The notes beneath the pieces were generated by a model that saw only the letters and a program-made list of their open reading frames with translations, was not told the DNA's origin and did no database searches. Positions 53,462 to 62,181 of a DNA stretch of 64,000 bases are shown here, one piece after another; position 1 is the first letter of the stretch; every line of letters begins with the position of its first letter. The translations under genes were made by a program, and so were the position numbers. Source of the stretch: Somniosus microcephalus (Eukaryota); contig CM126203.1 of assembly GCA_052327205.1 (NCBI GenBank), forward strand, positions 22,072,001 through 22,136,000, given 5' to 3'.

Positions 53462-53664
53462 CTGCAGTGACACAACAACAACTTCCATTGATATAGTGCC
53501 CTTAATGCAGTAAAAGGTCCCAAGGCACTTCCTGTAAGCAAGAGCTGCCAAAATCACACACAGGATATGAAAGAAGATCCATCTCCACTCATTTGTGCAG
53601 GCATCCCATTAAACTGATGGAGCTCATTTTTATTTTAAAACTGTAATTACTTCCTTAGATCCAA

Positions 53665-54745
53665 TACACATTGGAGCAGGAGTAGGCCATTCAGCCCCTC
53701 AAGCCTGTTTGCCATTTAATGAGATCTGTATCTTAACTCCATCAACCTGCCTTTGTTCCGTAACCTTTAATACCCTTGCCTAACAAAAATCTATCGATCT
53801 CAGATTTAAAATTATTAAGTGAGGCAGCATCCACTGCTTTTAGTGGGAGAGAGCTCCACACTTCTACCACCCTTTGCATGAAGAAGTGTTTCCTAACTTG
53901 TCTCCTGAATGGCCTGGCTCTGATTTTAAGGTTATGTTCCTTTGTCCTAGACTCCCCAGCAGCAGAAAAAGTTTTTCTCTATCTATCCCATCAATACCCC
54001 TTAACCTTCTGTATTCCAAGGAATACAAGCCTAGTTTCTGTAAACTCTCCTCATAATCTAATCCTTAGACCCCTGGTAACATTCTGCTGAATCTGCGCTG
54101 TACCCCTTTCAAGGCCAATATATCCTTTCTAAGGTACGGGGCCCAAAACTGTACACAGTACTCCAGATGTGGTCTAACCAGGACTTTGTATAGCTGTGGC
54201 AAAAACTTCCTCCCTTTTATATTCAAGCCCTCTAGTTACAAAGGCTAACACTCCATTAGCCTTTTTGATTATTTTTTGTACCTGACCACTACATTTTAGT
54301 GATCTGTGTACATGGACCCCTAAATCTCTTTGGATCGCCACTGTTCCTAGCTTTTCACCATTTAAATAATACTCAGATCTATCCTTCTTTGGTCCAAAAT
54401 GGATGACCTCACACTTACCTGGGTTGACATCCATCTACCACAGTTTCGCCCACTCACTTAGTCTATCAACGTCTCTTTGTATTTTTATGCTCCTGTCTAC
54501 ACTGCGTACTATATCACCAATCTTGGTGTCATTGGCAAACTTGGATACGTGGCTCGCTATTGTGTTATCTAAGTCATTAATAAATATAGTGAATAGTTGA
54601 GGCCACAGCACAGATCCTGTAGGACACCACTAGTCACTTCCTTCCAATTTGAGTACATACCCATTATCCCTACACTCTGTCTTCTACCGCCTAACCAATT
54701 TCCTACCCAGCTCAATAATTTGCCTTCAATTCCATGAGCTGACTT
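53665..54745 (-). mobile_element. CR1 LINE 3' fragment (intronic)
   Basis: NPGKCEVIHFG, KKANGVLAF, CR1 3' UTR. Confidence 0.9.
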
Positions 54746-54834
54746 ATTGGTATAGAAAGTCAGCAACCACAAGACAATGACCCACTTTACAATACTCCAA
54801 GCTTTTGTAACCTCCTTCTGCCTTCCCCCCTTAC

Positions 54835-54887
54835 TCCCACTGCATCTCATAGACAGTCTTCAAATTTGTCGCCAAGCAAATTACACC
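54835..54887 (-). CDS. 53-bp internal coding exon (GVICLATNLKTVYEMQW.)
   Basis: Acceptor T10-GGACAG|, donor GA|GTAAGG; phase 0 in, phase 2 out, bridging the two flanking exons. Confidence 0.65.
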
Positions 54888-55319
54888 CTGTCCAAAAAAA
54901 AAAGCAAGAGCGTGGCGAACATTATCTTGTGATTTTAAAAAACACAGAAAACCTAATCGAGCCTGTTTGAAGTGCCTTCGTTGTTGCCTTCAGGCTCCAA
55001 TGCTATCCTAATTCCTAACTTCCACGACAAAATGGATAGGAGGGAAGGACATAAAAGCTCTTCCTCAACACAAGCTTTGTAATCATAAGAGGCTTCTGGT
55101 GAATGTGGCTAAAAGGAAAGATGTAACCTTCTGATCTTATCTGAAAACAGATGCATTTGATAAAATACTTTTAAACATCCTGTACTGTAATTATGCTCTC
55201 TACTGAAATCAGATTTTTCATTTCCACAGGAAATATTGGAGATACAACTTTTCTTGCATACAATGATTCTTGTGCTACATACAAGTGAACCAGTGTGTGT
55301 GAAAGATTTCAGCAAGCCT

Positions 55320-55607
55320 TTTGGGTGAGACATTATATTCAGTTCCCATCTGCCTGTTCAAGTAGATGCTAAAGATCCCACGGCATAATTTGCAAAAAGC
55401 GGGGGAGTTGTCCCAGTGTCCTAGCCACCATTTAAGCCATAAAGGTACCATAAAGCAGATTAATTCGTCATTTATCTCATTTGCTATTTGTGGGACCTTC
55501 CTGTGCACAAATTAGCTGAGCCATTTGCCTATACAACAACGGTGACTACATTCCAAAAGTACTTCATTGGTTGTGAAGCACTTTAGGACACCATGAGGAT
55601 GTGAAAG
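55320..55607 (+). mobile_element. Decayed Deu-domain SINE
   Basis: Core and tail similarity to the other copies. Confidence 0.7.
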
Positions 55608-56103
55608 AATGAGGAGATTCACTAGAGTGGTACCAGGGACGAGGGACTTCAGTTGTGTGGAGAGACTAGAGTAGGTGGAATTGTTCTCCTTAGAGCAGAG
55701 AACATTAACGGGAGATTTAATAGAGGAGTTCAAAATTATGAAGCTTTTTGATAGAGTAAATAAGGAGACATTGTTTCCACTGACAGGAGGGTCAGTAACC
55801 AGAGGACACAGATTTAACATAATTGGCAAAAGAACCGGGGGGGGGGGGGTGGGGGGGGGGAGTGATGAGAATTTTTTTTATGTAGTGATATGTTACGTTC
55901 TGGAATGCACTGCATGATAGGGTGGTGGAAGCAGATTCAATAGTAACTTTCAAAAGGGAATTGGATATATACTTGAAAAGGAAAAATGTGCAGGGCTATG
56001 GGGAAATGGCAGGGGAGCGGGACTAACTGGATATCTCTTTCAAAGAGCCGGCACAGGCACAATGGGCCGAATGGCCTCCTTCAGCGCGGTATGATTCAAT
56101 GAT
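55608..56103 (+). mobile_element. CR1 LINE 3' fragment
   Basis: LFSLEQRTLTGDLIE..TRGHRF plus 3' UTR. Confidence 0.88.
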
Positions 56104-56365
56104 TGCACATCAACTGACTGAGTTTAGTCACTATGATCTATAACAGAGTTTGTATAAAGGATTCTTGTCGGGCGTAAAAAAAAACCAATTCCTATAAATA
56201 GTGAAGGAAAAAAATGTTTTCATGCATTTTTTTTTACTATCTGGTCAACAGGAGAAAGAGCCGGTGGCAGGCTCTGCTAGTGCCAGCCTGTAGCTAGTTG
56301 TTAAAGAGTGATCAAGTAGAACAGCTGCAGACTTCCTCTCGCTTTCCATGAGCTACGCTCTATAC

Positions 56366-56579
56366 CGGATCAGAGGGTCTGGCTGAGTTCACCCATTCAC
56401 CATCAAAGGCAGACCCTCTGAGCACCATTGTTAGCGGAGGCTGGTATCGGAACACAAGTCCTTCACTACAGTAAATGAATGTGCTCCAACACCCGTAGGG
56501 ATGCCGGAATTTTGAGAACATTGGTTTGCAGGATTTCACACACTCAAAGAGCTGGGAGGGTTGATTATCTTCCCATCTT
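56366..56579 (-). CDS. 214-bp internal coding exon (RWEDNQPSQLFECVKSCKPMFSKFRHPYGCWSTFIYC...GEWVNSARPSDP)
   Basis: Acceptor TCTTCCCATTTCAG|, 71 open codons of non-repeat sequence, donor CCG|GTATAG; phase 2 in, phase 0 out. Confidence 0.68.
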
Positions 56580-57306
56580 CTGAAATGGGAAGACGACACT
56601 GAAATGCTGAAACTCTAGTACAATAACAACGGCCACTGGTCAGCAATCAAGATTTTACCCATGCAGTGGCCTTAACAACTCTAGTAAAACTACTAACCCG
56701 TTAGCTAAATGTTTCATATAGAGGGTGTAAAAAAGTCCTTTTGCTAAACACTCATTTTCCCTGGACGGCCAGGAACTTGCCAGGACAGTGAGCTTGTCAG
56801 TACTCCAGAAATGGAACTGAAAACATCCTGAGCATTTCAAATTGCGACAACAATCAGAGGTACACTTTTACTGGTCTACCGCATGCTCAAAACATAAGAA
56901 TTCTACTTAGCCTTATGACAGATACTCTAAATAATTGGAACGTTTTTGGCCAATTTGAACATCTTGTGCTGGCCTGAGCTACAGGTTTAAAATTTGACAA
57001 ACTTGTGTTGACCTCACTCTCTCTCTCTCTAATGATTTCACAACCCTGGCATTATTTTACATCCCAACCTCCTCTTAGTCTTTCCACGGCCCTGGCCAAT
57101 GCTTCACTTTAAGTTGGCTGTTGCATTTTTATGAATGCCCCAGTTTTCCACCCCTCGCTGTTGGGACAGCATCTGAGAGAGATTACCCAGGAGGATCAAA
57201 GCTGAGTGATCTAAAGCCAAGGGGGGCAAAATTCGGTATCGCCCCCGTTTGGGGCGCAATTATCGGCCGGGCGCAAAGTTTAGTGCCTGGCACTAATTAT
57301 CGCCTC

Positions 57307-57560
57307 TGTAGTGTATGTATCCGTCTACCTTTAAGAAAACCATTGTATGTAACCGTTCACCTTTAAGAGAACTATTTTAGGTGTGGCACTACTTTGTTGG
57401 CTTCTGTATACTGTAATACCGACGGTGACCACACCGGTATATAAGTGCTGTGTCAGGATTTATTTGGCAGATTCGCCCTGACCTTCGAATAGTAAAGTCC
57501 TGTTTTAAGTTACTCTGGTAGTCTGTGTATTAATTAACTAAACAACTCACAGACTTTACA
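57307..57560 (+). repeat. 5' LTR
   Basis: TGTAG...TTACA; TATATAA at 57438; AGTAAA at 57491. Confidence 0.97.
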
Positions 57561-57561
57561 G

Positions 57562-57571
57562 TGGCGACGAG
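57562..57571 (+). other. Primer-binding site TGGCGACGAG (complementary to the 3' end of tRNA-Ser GCU)
   Basis: 1 nt after the 5' LTR; tRNA identity from recall. Confidence 0.75.
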
Positions 57572-58126
57572 TCCGATCGTACCCTGCGGCAACAATACTT
57601 CCGAAGCAGTTAACGAGCGTCGAGAAGAGGCAACCGCCCTCGTCATTCTGCTGGGAGAAAACTCGAGGCTGCAGAACTAGAAAGGAGGAAGAATTCAGAG
57701 ACAAAGACTTCCATCAGCAACAGGCACTGACTGTCCCTTCTGCCACGGTGAGGAGTGAGCCGATCAGCATGAGAAGCAAGCCGGCCACGGTGACTGTGAG
57801 TAAGGGAAAAGTAAAAAAGTAAAAAGAATAACCGGAGGATAAGGGCGGTGCACATGACCACGGTCGAGGGGGAAAGGAGCCGGACAGAAGTCGGGCCCAG
57901 AGGCGCTGAGACTGGGGCAGCGTGGAGCAAGGAAGCCGTGGTACAGACAGGCTGGGGACGCAATGGCGTCGTGAGACAGCTAGACCGTGACCGGCGAAAA
58001 AGGCCGGGCAGCGACCGAAGCCACGAAGCGCTGCGACTGGGAGCGTAGGCGCGGGAAGATATAAAAACTCAGCCACAGCCGGGGAGGGAAGCACCGGACT
58101 GCGAGAGGGCTGGGAGGCGCGATTGG

Positions 58127-58338
58127 GAGCCGAGCGAGCGGGAGAGGCAGAGCCGACCAAGGGAGACTGAGTGAGAGCCAGTCCAGCGGCTGAAACTGTT
58201 CGCCGTCAACGGGGTGTACCCAGCGCCGGTAGAGCCGAGCGAGCGGGAGAGAGACAGAGCCCGAGCAAGGGGAACTGAGCGAGAGCCAGCCCAGCGGCTG
58301 AAACTGTTCGCCGTCAACGGGGTGTACCCAGCGCCGGT
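58127..58338 (+). repeat. ~105-bp tandem duplication in the element's leader
   Basis: Both units end CCAGCGGCTGAAACTGTTCGCCGTCAACGGGGTGTACCCAGCGCCGGT. Confidence 0.9.
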
Positions 58339-58625
58339 TGCCCTGCCGAGAAAAGGGAAAGCACTGAAGCCGACGCGCAGGCTGTGAACCTGAAAGCCAG
58401 CGGCCGTCGCCCGTGGGGAAAGTGTACCCCTCCCGCCAGGGGAAGAAACGCGGGAAGCCGCCATTAGGCGGAGAAGAAGACAGAAGCGGGGAACCGCCAT
58501 TGAAGTGGGCGGGGAGAGAAGATAAGCGCGGGAAACCGCCATTTTCGCGGGAACCGCCATCTTGGAAAAAAAAATAAAAGAAAATTTAAAGAAATAATTC
58601 GTGGTGTTATCAGGAAGAGAGGAAG

Positions 58626-59795
58626 ATGCCTAAGCGTGGTAACATCAACGATTTTAATTCCGAGGTAGAAGACTGGGCCACGTATGTGGAACGCATTGAG
58701 ATCTATTGTGAGGCCAATAAAATAGAAGATGACGACAAAGCTATAACCTTGCTAAACTCGATGGGCGCGAAGACATACGGGCTCTTGAAGCATCTACTAG
58801 CACCAGCTAAACCGGCGGATCAGACTTTCGATGATATTGTGACTGTTCTGAAGGATCACTTGAACCCCACACCGTTGATGTTGGCGGAACGATTCAAATT
58901 CTATGCGAGAACGCAAAGGAAAGACAAAAGCAACGCAGAATACTTGGTCGAACTGCGTAGACTAGCGAAACACTGCCAGTTTGGAGGGAATCTGACAGAG
59001 GCATTGCGAGACAAGTTCGTGTGCAGGTTGTCAAAGGAAGGAACGCAAAAGCGACTACTCGAAGAGAACGACCTTACACTTGACAGGGCTGTCCTTATTG
59101 CAGCATCGCACGAAGCCGCAGCGAAGGGAACTGCGGAAATGCAGCTAAAGGCAGCGGCACTCAGTGTGGATCAAATTACCTCGAGTACAACAAAATGCTA
59201 TCGTTGTGAGAAGACAACACACGACCAGAACCAATGCTGGTTTAAGAACCAGGAATGTAGGAAATGTGGCAAACTGGGTCACATAGCTAAGGTATGCCGG
59301 TCAGGGAAGAAGACCAACAACCAAAGGAAGCCATCACAGGAAAAGTACAACAAGGTACACAAGGTGGCTGAGAAGAGTTCAGACGAACAGAATTCGGACT
59401 CAGACCCAAACGGCCAGGAGCTGGGCAGTCTGAGAATTCACAATGTGAGTAAGGAAGCTGACCTACAAACTATCTGGGTCATGCTAAAAATAGCTGGAGT
59501 CCAAGTGAAAATGGAGTTGGACACTGGATCAGCTCTATCAGTCATAAATCGAAGGGATTACCACCGGCTATTCTCACATATACCCTTAAGAGATACCAAG
59601 TTCGTATTGCAGACATACACGGGGCATAAAGTATACCCCATGGGGAAGATAAGAGTCAAGGTGAGAGATGGGGGTAAAGAACACCCAAGAATGAACTTAT
59701 ACGTACTACCTGAGGGAGGACCACCACTTCTGGGACGGGAGTGGATCAAGAAAATAGACATGGAATGGCACTATCTAAAAGCCATAACGAGTTAG
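58626..59795 (+). CDS. gag: Gypsy Gag-protease (389 aa)
   Basis: WATYVERI, AERFKFY.R.Q, LRDKFV; two CCHC knuckles (CYRCEKTTHDQNQC, CRKCGKLGHIAKVC); protease LDTGSALSVI and LLGREWI. Confidence 0.93.
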   Translation: MPKRGNINDFNSEVEDWATYVERIEIYCEANKIEDDDKAITLLNSMGAKTYGLLKHLLAPAKPADQTFDDIVTVLKDHLNPTPLMLAERFKFYARTQRKDKSNAEYLVELRRLAKHCQFGGNLTEALRDKFVCRLSKEGTQKRLLEENDLTLDRAVLIAASHEAAAKGTAEMQLKAAALSVDQITSSTTKCYRCEKTTHDQNQCWFKNQECRKCGKLGHIAKVCRSGKKTNNQRKPSQEKYNKVHKVAEKSSDEQNSDSDPNGQELGSLRIHNVSKEADLQTIWVMLKIAGVQVKMELDTGSALSVINRRDYHRLFSHIPLRDTKFVLQTYTGHKVYPMGKIRVKVRDGGKEHPRMNLYVLPEGGPPLLGREWIKKIDMEWHYLKAITS

Positions 59796-60029
59796 GACTC
59801 GGTGCAGACAATCAGCTCAGATTCTGAAACGGATGACGATAAGACCAACCCAAATATGAAAGACAAGGCTAAAATGGACTTGCCGACTAAGGTTGGAAGA
59901 ACGAAGGCATGCATAAAGGCTTATGCTCCAGAGAAGAACAAAGTTTCAGAACAGAACTCCACCGAACAACGACAACATAGTTTGACAGAGAATTCTGAGT
60001 CTGTTCAGTTTACGGACATATCCATGACT

Positions 60030-60162
60030 GACGAACTCGGACTCAACTTTATTTCAAATTACGACAGCAAGTAGAACAAGTGAGTTACCGTCTCGAACAA
60101 GAGATGAAAACAATGAAAAAGTTCTATGACACCGAATGGGAGAATCTGGAAAGACAACAGAG
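60030..60162 (+). pseudogene. Captured STK10/SLK coiled-coil (PKK) fragment
   Basis: Frame absent from the ORF track: RTQLYFKLRQQVEQVSYRLEQEMKTMKKFYDTEWENLERQQ, vs STK10 [23 protein letters not shown] (recalled). Confidence 0.75.
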
Positions 60163-61536
60163 CAGCTAGCTCAAGCAGAGAGCAACCATAGAGCCATTGT
60201 GACCAATTACCGATCACATCTCCCTTATGCTGTTCAGGAGTTAGAATATTTGCAGGAAGGAGCAAATGAAGAGGAATCTTCAGGAAGCCAGGATTTTATT
60301 CCCGTTCTTCTCTACGACTCCTTACAAGCAGAGTTTGAGAAGTTGAAGGAACAGTATGAACAGGCCCAGGCTACAATCCTGGAGGGGATTAACTCGGCAA
60401 CCTCCGAAAAGCTAGTTTCAGTAGAAGCATATGAGCAACTGAAGGTTGAACATGAGCAAGAAGTCCAAAGGCTGCAGGAAATTCTTGATGAGCTCAAGGC
60501 CAAGACAGACTCATCGGTAGAAGTTCCATCCATAGATGAGAAATTAGAGGTGAAAGACATGGCAGAACATGAAAGACAAGATGTCCAAGAACTCATAAAA
60601 ATATTGAAGGAAACCCAAGACAAATATGAGGCGGCAATGACTGAGGTTCAACAACTTGAAGAACAGATTCAACTGGGAATCCTTTCAGTGGAAGAAAAGG
60701 AAACTGTAAGAAACACAGAGACTGTAAGAATGGCCCCTGAACATGAGCTAGAGAGCATCAAGGCGCAACTTCTCCGAGCGCTGAAAGCCAAAGTACAAGA
60801 GGAAAAGAAGGTGAAAACATTGGAGGAAAAGGTGGATGAAATGGAGAAGACTCTGATCCACAGTGTTCCCGTGGAAGAGTTAACGGTCAGCCAACTCCTT
60901 CATATGCTGAGGGACAAGACTCTGCAATGGGAACAATCTGAACACGAGCTTCAATCTTCAAAGGGAAGGAGTTCAGAGCTCTCAAAAGTTATGGAAATAG
61001 CTGAGGTTGCAACACAGATTTTACTGGGATGCCAAAAGTATGCTGAATCACGTCTATGTGAACAACAGAATGTTGAAACAGCTGCTCCAGTAGAAGGATT
61101 GAATAGCCTGATCAATCAATCCCCGATGGAAGGGGAAGTATTGAAATCACAAATGAGGTCATTAGTGAAGGATTTGCAGGAAACCCAGGAAGAGCGGGAT
61201 GAATATGAACGCATGAAGAAGTCTCTTCAGGAAAGATGTCTAGGGAGGGAACAACAGTCGGCTAACGTCCAGTTGGGTAAGGAAGAAGTAGCAGGCCCTC
61301 TCGCTAGACTAGTTCAGGACGACACCGAATATTACCATGACCTGTTGAGTGACACGGAATATTACGAGGACTTGGTCTGCCCAGCTTGTGATGAAAACTC
61401 CCAAAGTGCAGTAATCAGGATGAAGCACTTAAAGTCTAAGGAACATAGAGAGATGGTGGTGCTACAGCTGGCAGCTGATAAGGGAACCCCGAGAGTCTCC
61501 AAGAAGCAGAAAAGAAAAAGACGAAGCAGAAGGTGA
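60136..61536 (+). CDS. 466-aa chimeric coiled-coil cargo ORF: ANKRD24-like (60163-60879), OPTN-like (60874 to about 61300), DNAJC21-like zinc finger and basic tail (61321-61533)
   Basis: YRSHLPYAVQ and FIPVLLYDSLQAEF (ANKRD24); EELTVSQLL and MKKSLQERC (OPTN); DLVCPACD..HLKSKEHREMV..SKKQK (DNAJC21); assignments from recall. Confidence 0.8.
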   Translation: MGESGKTTEQLAQAESNHRAIVTNYRSHLPYAVQELEYLQEGANEEESSGSQDFIPVLLYDSLQAEFEKLKEQYEQAQATILEGINSATSEKLVSVEAYEQLKVEHEQEVQRLQEILDELKAKTDSSVEVPSIDEKLEVKDMAEHERQDVQELIKILKETQDKYEAAMTEVQQLEEQIQLGILSVEEKETVRNTETVRMAPEHELESIKAQLLRALKAKVQEEKKVKTLEEKVDEMEKTLIHSVPVEELTVSQLLHMLRDKTLQWEQSEHELQSSKGRSSELSKVMEIAEVATQILLGCQKYAESRLCEQQNVETAAPVEGLNSLINQSPMEGEVLKSQMRSLVKDLQETQEERDEYERMKKSLQERCLGREQQSANVQLGKEEVAGPLARLVQDDTEYYHDLLSDTEYYEDLVCPACDENSQSAVIRMKHLKSKEHREMVVLQLAADKGTPRVSKKQKRKRRSRR

Positions 61537-61914
61537 TAACCATCTAAATCATTATCACTTCTACCAGATCATGTACGTGGGCCCTACGAAGGGAGCCAAA
61601 TCAGTTGGCAAGTAGGAAAAATTACCAAGGCAGTCCAGCTGTTTGTAAAAGTCAGCACTGCTGGTTCAGCAGGACGGAAGTTCAAGCTGTTAAGTCAAGG
61701 GAAAGACTATTGGATGAGTCACGCTAGCAATGTGAACCGGCTACACCACAGAGATGTTGTTCGGACCGAATCAAGACCAGAGACTGAATCTGTGAACTGT
61801 TCCCGCAGAGACTGAATCTGTAAACTGTTTCCCGCATAGATTATACCTGTGAATTGTTTTACATGAAGTTGAATATATGTTATGTTTAATGGGGGACTAA
61901 GTATGTTGTAAGCT

Positions 61915-61926
61915 AAAAAGGGAGGA
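61915..61926 (+). other. Polypurine tract
   Basis: AAAAAGGGAGGA immediately before the 3' LTR. Confidence 0.9.
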
Positions 61927-61927
61927 T

Positions 61928-62181
61928 TGTAGTGTATGTATCCGTCTACCTTTAAGAAAACCATTGTATGTAACCGTTCACCTTTAAGAGAACTATTTTA
62001 GGTGTGGCACTACTTTGTTGGCTTCTGTATACTGTAATACCGACGGTGACCACACCGGTATATAAGTGCTGTGTCAGGATTTATTTGGCAGATTCGCCCT
62101 GACCTTCGAATAGTAAAGTCCTGTTTTAAGTTACTCTGGTAGTTTGTGTATTAGTTAACTAAACAACTCACAGACTTTACA
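61928..62181 (+). repeat. 3' LTR
   Basis: 252/254 identical to the 5' LTR. Confidence 0.97.

Larger units (their letters stand above)
57307..62181 (+). mobile_element. Young non-autonomous Gypsy-type LTR retrotransposon carrying host-gene cargo in place of RT/RNase H/integrase
   Basis: Two 254-bp TG..CA LTRs with 2 mismatches, GCCTC TSD (57302-57306, 62182-62186), PBS, PPT, gag-pro; no RT or DDE motifs. Confidence 0.95.

Noticed and set aside
60136-61536. Reading the second ORF as a retroviral env or as a resident host exon
   Set aside because: No signal peptide, transmembrane segment or env cysteine motif; it lies between paired LTRs with a TSD and is a patchwork of different genes.
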